13,821 nucleotides of DNA from Candidatus Eiseniibacteriota bacterium. Lineage in GTDB: Bacteria; Eisenbacteria; RBG-16-71-46. Positions within the stretch are counted from its first letter, which is position 1. Every line of letters starts with the position of its first letter. Below, piece after piece: positions 7,517 to 13,821 of this stretch. The translations under genes and the position numbers were made by a program. The notes below the pieces were generated by a model. The model worked only from the letters and a program-made list of their open reading frames with translations. It was not told where the DNA came from and made no database searches. The stretch spans positions 1 to 13,821 of the forward strand of contig JANLWX010000155.1 of the NCBI GenBank assembly GCA_031364845.1. The letters run 5' to 3'.

Positions 7517-7531
7517 CAACTCGTCGAAATA

Positions 7532-8160
7532 CTATCGGACGTAAATACCCGTCGCGCGCACCATGTGGTCTCCCTGCCGAAGCCGGGCGAAGTAGACCCC
7601 CGGCTGCCGAATTGCCGGTGATATCACGTGTCTTCCAGGTCCCTTTGCGGTGACATCCACGCGACTGACTCTTCGGCCGGCGATATCCATTATTTCCAGC
7701 ACCGCGGGGCCACTGCCGGGAAGATTGATCTCGAACGTCATGGACCGGCTCCCGCACATCAGGCAGCGAATCGACAGGGGTTCCCGCTTAGGACTCCCCT
7801 CGACAGCCACTGCGTCGATCGCAACTTCCGTCACCGCCTCTCCTGCGACCTCGCCGGCCTCGACGTTCCCAGCGCTGTCCGTCGCGACGGCGTAGAACCG
7901 ATACTGATGCCCCCTTGATCCGGTGAAACGGTGAAATACGCCTGCGTGGCGATTCCGTCGAACCATGCGTCGAATGGACCGCCGTCCTCCGACACGCGCA
8001 CCGAGTAGGCACAGATACCCGCACCCATGTCGCTCCCCGCCCATTCGACGAGAAAGCACGTCGTATCCATGATCGCGCTCAACGCGTTCACGGTGCTCTC
8101 AGGTGCGTCGTCGTCAACCGTGTAACGCACCGTATTCGTCGCGATCGGGGCGGCGGCCTC
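7532..8160 (-). pseudogene. 5'-truncated, frameshifted C-terminal remnant of a large exported protein (FN3/Ig-like domain + FlgD/T9SS-CTD-like domain)
   Basis: Track ORF 7831..8130 gives PIATNTVRYTVDDDAPESTV...VEWAGSDMGAGICAYSVRVSEDGGPFDAW...TQAYFT. ORF 7532..8059 continues in another frame with GSRGHQYRFYAVATDSAGNVE...LEIMDIAGRRV...PGVYFARL. The switch is at a CGGTGAAA duplication (7921-7936). In-frame TGA upstream at 8193-8191; no signal peptide. Confidence 0.8.
7921..7936. repeat. Exact 8-bp tandem duplication CGGTGAAA x2 causing the frameshift
   Basis: Read directly at 7921-7928 and 7929-7936. Removing one copy gives continuous ATQAYFTGSRGHQYRFY and 591 nt (197 codons) from GTG 8130 to the stop at 7532. 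Confidence 0.9.
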
Positions 8161-8230
8161 GATCTCTACCCGGCGAAACTCGCGACGGCCTCATGATCCA
8201 GCCACACGAATGTTGGAAGCCCCCAATTCT

Positions 8231-11200
8231 CTACGGCATAAGCACAAATTTCTGCACAGCCCGCATACTCCCACCCCGCACATCACAGAAGTAAAGCCCA
8301 GGAGCAACTCTTGCACCATTTGCTCGCCGCAAGTCCCAAACAAACTGATGCGTTCCCAGAACCAGGTCGTCTGATGCTATTCGCCGCACAATTCGTCCAG
8401 ACACATCAAGAATACTAACACTTGCGTGTGATCGCCTCGGCAGTGTAAATCTGATGTGCACCGGGCTGTTCCTCGCGGGATTCGGCCACGGTGTAACCAG
8501 CACAATTTCCTCCGGCTCACGCTTGTCGACGGATCCGTACGCAACATCAACACTCTGCCAATCGGTACGGTTCACTGAACGCAGCGGAATCACCGCAGAG
8601 CGGCCATTTACGGAGGCTGTAACCGCTGTTTCGCCCACCGATGTTGCGACCACGATAGCCTGCTGGACAAGTTCGGCCACCGCGGGATCAGCAACGCTAT
8701 ACGTTAGTCCCGGCAGATAACTAATATCGCGCACAAGACCATCATCATAGTACCCCAACAAGGATACCTGCGCGGAGTCACCCACCGCGCATCCAATAAA
8801 CGCGGGAAACGCGACAATCGAGTCAAGTAATGCTGCAATCTGTACTTCCACCTCCACAGTATCAAACGCCATTGCCCCGGACCCATCGCGGCCGATCACA
8901 AACAGAGTAATGCTACCTATCGCATCGATTGGCACGACTAGTGGCACCTGCCCGGCGCCTGCGTCGATCACGGTATCGCACCACGCACCACCGCCGTGCG
9001 CAGCACCAACAAATAGACTCGAAATCGGTCCAGTCGAACTCACGGATACATTAACACTCTGACCCGGGACACAAACGGCTCCTGTCGGAGGGCTTACAAT
9101 CGATACCGAGGCGATCGCCTGATCTCCTTTAGCCGAAGCCCCCCGCAGAGGGCTACAAGACACGTAACTAAGCACACTTGGCTGAAAGCCGGACAACCAC
9201 TCTGCTCCCGTGCTTGAAGTTCTTAGCAACCGTTTTACTTCGTCAACTATGGCGGGGGCGGCTGTCGCCTCAGTGTGTATCGGCCCCGCAAACTCGGATG
9301 TAGCCGATAACGCCACGCCGCCCCTTTGGCTACTCAAAGGCACGAGCAAGTCCGAATCCTCTCCTTGGAACACACATTCTGCCGCCCCGGCACCCAATAT
9401 CCAAAGCGTGAAACGCCACACGGTACCGAGCCAGCCGTTTCCCTCAAGAGCGCCGACCGTCGAGACCACAACGTGCGATGGCACGGTATTTCTATTCAGA
9501 CTAGGCCCGTTCAGGGCCGCGGTGGCCGCACTATTAACTCGCAAATCCTCAATCGCGCCGCGGTATGGATTCTTTGACGCGATCCGCAAGACTTCCCTAA
9601 GCACCAGCATGCCCGGCTCGTCATACAACAAGTTGGGTACCTGCGACCCAGCATGCGGAGACGTCAACGTGATGACACGAAACATATCGTTGGCATATGA
9701 CTCCGATTGCAAATATTTCCTGGCGAGCACCCCGCCCATGCTGTGGCCAACAACATCCACCTTCTCGGCTGAATACGCCCCGCTGACAGTCGAATCAAGC
9801 AGCGCTTGTATGCCGCGTTCCACGACGTCGCGATTGCTCTCGAAGTGCAAGTCACCATGATAGGAAATCGCAAGCGTAACAGGTGTCCTTGTCCCTACAA
9901 ATGCACGCTGCATAGCATCCCAGGTGGAGCCCGCTGACCACAGCCCGTGAACCATGAGCACAGGCGGGCGATGCCAGCGAACTGGGATGTCGGCAAGAGG
10001 CTGTCCGTCCTCATCCGTAAGTATAACGCTGTAATCATCCTGAACTACTGGTCCATCTGGATGTGTAAGGATGAATGCCGCTGTAGATCCGCTAGCCTCT
10101 TGACGGTCAACCCTGCCACATCGACCAGGCTCATTACCCTCTACGTCCCAGCTGAGAGTGGCATTTATGCCACTGGGATTAGACAAGCCAAAGGTGTTGA
10201 ATGTTATTCTTGTAGACGGCGTCCCATCCGCGCACACATTAATCCGCGGCATCGCCGCGTCCCCTTCATAATACAACAGCCGGCCATCTCGTGATGGCAC
10301 AAGACTAATATGCTCTGCCGCAATCCTGCCGCAACGCGTCAGCTCCGATGATCCTGAGATACCTGCAGTGGCGCATAGGGCAAACGCATTGTGCGCCGTG
10401 GTCGGCAGAGTATATGACGCATATCCATGGGAGTCCGTCGTGACATCGACTGTAGCAAGGTAAAACTGCGCGCTAGCTTGCCCTAGCGGTGTACATGAGT
10501 CGCCATAATAGACGTCGATTGAGATATAAGTAAACGGTGTGCCGTTTACCCATATTTTTAATACAGTAGCGCCTCGTGCGCGCACTACCGCCGCCAGGGG
10601 ATAGTTGATCTGGTCGTTAGGGCCTGCGTCAACGTCCTGAGCATCATTTAACGACACTCCATCGTCGCCGATATCAATCTCCATGGAGTTGTTGTTATAG
10701 CAGGCATTGCCGCGCCAGCTATTTCGTCGCCCTATGAGAGATGGATTTGTTGCCTTGAGCACGATGCCCTTGTCGTTGTACGCAATGACGTTTCCGGACC
10801 CAAGCGTGCCAATAATATTGTCTGAAGCATCCTCAAGCCAAACACCGAACCGTGAGTTACCCACGGCCCCTGACCCATCTAGCCTGGTGCCGATGGCGTT
10901 TCTTATGATTACGTTATGGTGTGCTTGCTCAGATAGGCGCACACCGTATTTATTTGCGCCTAATACGTTGCCGTCAGCGGCGGCGAGCCCCCCAATTGTG
11001 TTGCCAAACGCTCCTCCCCGGATCCGGATTCCCGCCTCAATGTTTCCCAATGGTGCTTGAGTTGCGGTCAGACCGATAATATTGCCAAGTATACGATTAT
11101 TGCTGACATTGCCGCCGTTTAGTGTAATGCCGTGCTGGCCATTCGCGGAAATAATGTTGGGAGCACCCAACGCGTTGCCGCCGATTGTATTGTTGTGAGC

Positions 11201-12283
11201 GCTACTCCAAAGGTAGATGCCGTAGAATGTGTTGCCAAGAGCTTGGACTCCCGCGTAGTCTGTTCCAATATTATTGCCAAGAATCATGTTATCGTTAGTG
11301 TCTGGACCATTAAGGTTAATTCCACTTAGGGCATTGCCGGAAATCGTGTTGCGCGAGTTACTTGTGGTGCCGCCGATAGTATTGGCCGAGGCCCCGCCGA
11401 TCGAACCGCTACCATTGAGCAACACGCCGTCCCCGCTATTGCCGAGCGCGAGCGCACCAGTCCAATCCGTGCCAATTTTATTGTTGATTATGGTGTTCCT
11501 GGCCCCCATCCGATCGCCGGCATAGAATTCGGAGGCTCGCAGGACGATACCTGACGCACCGTTGCCGGAGATTACGTTGGCGTCCTCGCTGAGACTCCCG
11601 CCTATTACGTTGTCGGATGTAATTAGCCAAATGCCGTCAGAGCGGTTTGGTCTTTTCTGGGTACCAGTAATATCTGTACCTATATAGTTCCCTTTGATAG
11701 TATTAAAGCCGGTAGTTGTACTAACTATGCCCTCATTAAAACGGTTTATCACGAACCCTTGCACTACTGAATAGCCACCAGCTAGACCTATGCCGCGGGC
11801 CAGGCTGGCGGTGCCCCCCACTAGCTCGACTAACGGTCGGCCGCTGTAACCTGGCTGTGATCTACCATCTAGGAGTGTGGGCCCGTTCAATGTGGGCAGG
11901 TTTGTGAATACGGTTATTGTCTTGGGGCCGCTTCCGATGCTAAAGAGGATCGTATCAAAACCGGGATTCGCGTTCGCCCTAGTAATGGCATCGCGTAAAG
12001 TGCCAACGCCCGTATCGGCAGTGCTGACTACTGTAAAAGTCATTGATTGAACTTGTGTGGAGTGATCCAGCAAATGGTACTTATCCAGCGATAGGTCGGG
12101 CGTATCCGCGGTTGTGAACTCTGCGAAACCGGGATGCGCATGGATGGCTGCAGTGTCAGCGTGATTTTGGAATTGAGGGAATGGTTCAGACAATTCCGCC
12201 GATTGCTGCGGATTTGGCATTTTAGCTAGGGTGGTAGTAGTTGGGGGCAAAACGAGTGCAATGGCTAAAAAGAGCGAGTTCAT
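8231..12283 (-). CDS. Large secreted multidomain protein: signal peptide, parallel beta-helix repeats, alpha/beta-hydrolase (lipase/PGAP1-like), Ig-like domains, C-terminal FlgD-Ig/T9SS-CTD-like domain
   Basis: Hydrophobic N-terminus with GGTGGTG upstream. CSLREA-like cap TVVSTADTGVGTLRDAITRAN. Repeats N.IGG...N.ISGN...GI.L...N.I.GN.IGTD..G..ALGN. Hydrolase motifs PVLMVHGLW, VDVVGHSMGG (9731-9748), TLTSPHAGS, DSDLLVP, PIHT. Big_2-like YSVADPAVA...GETAVTASVNG. C-terminal PWPNP...F.LP...VSILDVSGR.VR...WD......VAPGLYF. Confidence 0.9.
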   Translation of the reverse strand: MNSLFLAIALVLPPTTTTLAKMPNPQQSAELSEPFPQFQNHADTAAIHAHPGFAEFTTADTPDLSLDKYHLLDHSTQVQSMTFTVVSTADTGVGTLRDAITRANANPGFDTILFSIGSGPKTITVFTNLPTLNGPTLLDGRSQPGYSGRPLVELVGGTASLARGIGLAGGYSVVQGFVINRFNEGIVSTTTGFNTIKGNYIGTDITGTQKRPNRSDGIWLITSDNVIGGSLSEDANVISGNGASGIVLRASEFYAGDRMGARNTIINNKIGTDWTGALALGNSGDGVLLNGSGSIGGASANTIGGTTSNSRNTISGNALSGINLNGPDTNDNMILGNNIGTDYAGVQALGNTFYGIYLWSSAHNNTIGGNALGAPNIISANGQHGITLNGGNVSNNRILGNIIGLTATQAPLGNIEAGIRIRGGAFGNTIGGLAAADGNVLGANKYGVRLSEQAHHNVIIRNAIGTRLDGSGAVGNSRFGVWLEDASDNIIGTLGSGNVIAYNDKGIVLKATNPSLIGRRNSWRGNACYNNNSMEIDIGDDGVSLNDAQDVDAGPNDQINYPLAAVVRARGATVLKIWVNGTPFTYISIDVYYGDSCTPLGQASAQFYLATVDVTTDSHGYASYTLPTTAHNAFALCATAGISGSSELTRCGRIAAEHISLVPSRDGRLLYYEGDAAMPRINVCADGTPSTRITFNTFGLSNPSGINATLSWDVEGNEPGRCGRVDRQEASGSTAAFILTHPDGPVVQDDYSVILTDEDGQPLADIPVRWHRPPVLMVHGLWSAGSTWDAMQRAFVGTRTPVTLAISYHGDLHFESNRDVVERGIQALLDSTVSGAYSAEKVDVVGHSMGGVLARKYLQSESYANDMFRVITLTSPHAGSQVPNLLYDEPGMLVLREVLRIASKNPYRGAIEDLRVNSAATAALNGPSLNRNTVPSHVVVSTVGALEGNGWLGTVWRFTLWILGAGAAECVFQGEDSDLLVPLSSQRGGVALSATSEFAGPIHTEATAAPAIVDEVKRLLRTSSTGAEWLSGFQPSVLSYVSCSPLRGASAKGDQAIASVSIVSPPTGAVCVPGQSVNVSVSSTGPISSLFVGAAHGGGAWCDTVIDAGAGQVPLVVPIDAIGSITLFVIGRDGSGAMAFDTVEVEVQIAALLDSIVAFPAFIGCAVGDSAQVSLLGYYDDGLVRDISYLPGLTYSVADPAVAELVQQAIVVATSVGETAVTASVNGRSAVIPLRSVNRTDWQSVDVAYGSVDKREPEEIVLVTPWPNPARNSPVHIRFTLPRRSHASVSILDVSGRIVRRIASDDLVLGTHQFVWDLRRANGARVAPGLYFCDVRGGSMRAVQKFVLMP

Positions 12284-12401
12284 GACACCACCATTTCGGT
12301 GAGCGGTCTACGTCTTATATGGGCGTCGGCACGGAGTCCCAAAGCTGATCGGCTACGCAGAGTTGGACACCAAGCTCCATAGCCTACGTAGGTGTCAATT
12401 A

Positions 12402-13821
12402 TTAGTCGAGTACTATCGCCTTAGCGGTAGCCACCCGGTCGTATTGGCGGAGCCTGACCCAGTACACGCCGGCCGGGATCATTTTGCTTCGGTCGAGGCG
12501 CAGCAAGTGGCTGCCTGCGCCTAGCGAGCCCACCTCGCGCATGATCACCCGCTGGCCGGCCAGATTGACCACTTCGATCGTAGCTGGCGCCGCAGCAGGC
12601 AATGTGAACGAAACGTGGAGCGCGCCGCGGGCCGGGTTCGGAACAAGCCCCGAGAGGAAAAAGGCGGCCTTGCCTAAAGCTTCTATCCAGGCTGGGTCCG
12701 TGAATAGCTGGCTCGCTACTTGGTAGTAGCCGAGCCGATACCCGTACCGCTCTCCCGGGGTGATGTCGCGATCCTCGTACGTCACCATACCCATACCGTC
12801 CGCGGTCGCCAGAGCTATCTCCGTCCAGTCAGAGGAAGGTGTACGGCGATAGACTGTGGCGCTGAAGCTCACCACGACGGGAGCGAACCAGGAGAGAACG
12901 ACCCTCCCGGGCGCGACATCCGCGCTCACGAACGACACGAGCGTGGGCGTAACGTAGCTGGGGATGCCGTTGGCGTAGATGTCCCAGCTGGTCCCGCTGC
13001 GAAAGTCGGTCCAGGCGATAATCGCCCCGACAGCACCGTCCGCGACGATGGTGGGCCAAGCTTGATTCTTGACCGCGGTGCACAGGGCACGGCCGTCAGC
13101 GGGCCAAGCGCCGTCCAGCGCGCCCGAGGCCAGCACGTGCTGGGCGTAAATGTCGGCGTTGCTGGCGTTGTTATTTGTACGTATGTCCTGCCAGGTGACG
13201 ATCGCGCCGCCCGCACCGTCCGAGGCGATGCGCTGGTGGTCCTGCTGGTTGGCGGCGGTGCAGAGGGCGCGACCATCGAGAGGCCAGGCCGGATCCAGCG
13301 CGCCCGAAGCTAGGACGCGCTGGGCGTAAATGTCCTGGTTGCCCAGTCCGCCGCGGGCGTCTGACCAAGTGACGATTGCGCCTCCCGCCCCATCAGTAAC
13401 GATGGAGGGGCCCTGCTGGTAGTTGGCGGCGGTGCACAAAGCACGGCCTTCGGCGGGCCAGGCGGGATCCACCGCCCCCGAGGCCAGAACGTGTTGGGCG
13501 TAGATGTCTTCGGTTAACGTGCCGCCTACGCGGCGGTCCATCCAGGTGACTATCGCGCCGCCCGCCCCGTCGGCAACCATAGTGGGGAAGCGCTGATCGT
13601 TGAGGGCGGTACACAGGGCACGGCCGTCAGCGGGCCAAGCCCCATCCAGCGCGCCTGAGGCCAGTACGTGCTGAGCGTAAATGTCAGAGTCCCCGCTGCG
13701 GGCGTCTTGCCAGGTGACTATCGCGCCGCCCGCCCCGGCGGCAACCATAGTGGGGAAGCGCTGAGCGTTGAGGGCGGTACACAGGGCACGGCCGTCAGCG
13801 GGCCAAGCCCCATCCAGCGCG
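12402..13821 (-). CDS. Repeat-containing exported protein (probable beta-propeller-like repeats, FN3-like domain, FlgD-Ig/T9SS-CTD-like domain), 5' partial
   Basis: Frame is open beyond the track start 13748 to the window edge (ALDGAWPADGRALCTALNAQRFPT). Repeat consensus P.IV.DGAGGAIVTW.D.R....DIYAQHVLASGALD.AWPADGRALCTA...Q. Then TPTLVS...LSW...VYRR...YEDR..TPGERYGYRL and PNP...F.LP....IEVVNLAGQRV...GVYWVRL. Confidence 0.9.
   Translation of the reverse strand, partial: ALDGAWPADGRALCTALNAQRFPTMVAAGAGGAIVTWQDARSGDSDIYAQHVLASGALDGAWPADGRALCTALNDQRFPTMVADGAGGAIVTWMDRRVGGTLTEDIYAQHVLASGAVDPAWPAEGRALCTAANYQQGPSIVTDGAGGAIVTWSDARGGLGNQDIYAQRVLASGALDPAWPLDGRALCTAANQQDHQRIASDGAGGAIVTWQDIRTNNNASNADIYAQHVLASGALDGAWPADGRALCTAVKNQAWPTIVADGAVGAIIAWTDFRSGTSWDIYANGIPSYVTPTLVSFVSADVAPGRVVLSWFAPVVVSFSATVYRRTPSSDWTEIALATADGMGMVTYEDRDITPGERYGYRLGYYQVASQLFTDPAWIEALGKAAFFLSGLVPNPARGALHVSFTLPAAAPATIEVVNLAGQRVIMREVGSLGAGSHLLRLDRSKMIPAGVYWVRLRQYDRVATAKAIVLD
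12970..13821 (-). repeat. Intragenic tandem repeats, period 168-180 nt (56-60 aa), about five units in the window
   Basis: The block encoding WP..GRALCTA recurs near 13080, 13260, 13435, 13610 and 13780. The stretches 13542-13653 and 13710-13821 match at 110 of 112 nt. Confidence 0.9.

Noticed and set aside
12284..12401. Integron attC sites between the minus-strand cargo genes (GTCCAAC matches RYYYAAC)
   Set aside because: No complementary GTTRRRY core at a suitable distance, no similar site in the other intergenic regions, and no integrase in the window.
13542..13821. Diversity-generating retroelement TR/VR pair, since both mismatches fall at coding-strand adenines
   Set aside because: Only two mismatches, both copies are in-frame coding repeats of one gene, and no reverse transcriptase is in the window.
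12970..13821. CRISPR-like repeat-spacer array
   Set aside because: Period is 168-180 nt and always a multiple of three, units diverge at synonymous sites, and they translate as protein repeats.

Overview
High-GC bacterial genomic DNA in two parts. Left part (1 to ~7400) has host-like GC-rich codon usage. It holds the 3' end of a cytochrome P450, a membrane PDZ/GAF-like/PP2C (SpoIIE/RsbU-type) phosphatase, a convergent soluble histidine kinase directly abutting a His-motif (fatty acid hydroxylase/sterol desaturase-like) membrane protein, and a standalone murB. Divergent from murB is a small SelW/Rdx-family selenoprotein gene that the ORF track misses (CxxU motif with in-frame TGA and a downstream SECIS-like hairpin), followed by a DUF2231-like membrane protein. 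Right part (~7530 to 13821) is a run of three minus-strand genes for probably exported proteins, all ending in a FlgD-Ig/T9SS-CTD-like domain: a 5'-truncated remnant frameshifted by an exact 8-bp tandem duplication, a low-GC 1350-aa beta-helix + alpha/beta-hydrolase + Ig protein, and a 5'-partial protein built of 56-60-aa repeats. The repeat and C-terminal domain style suggests an FCB-related lineage such as Candidatus Eisenbacteria (inference only). No rRNA, tRNA, CRISPR array or transposase was seen.
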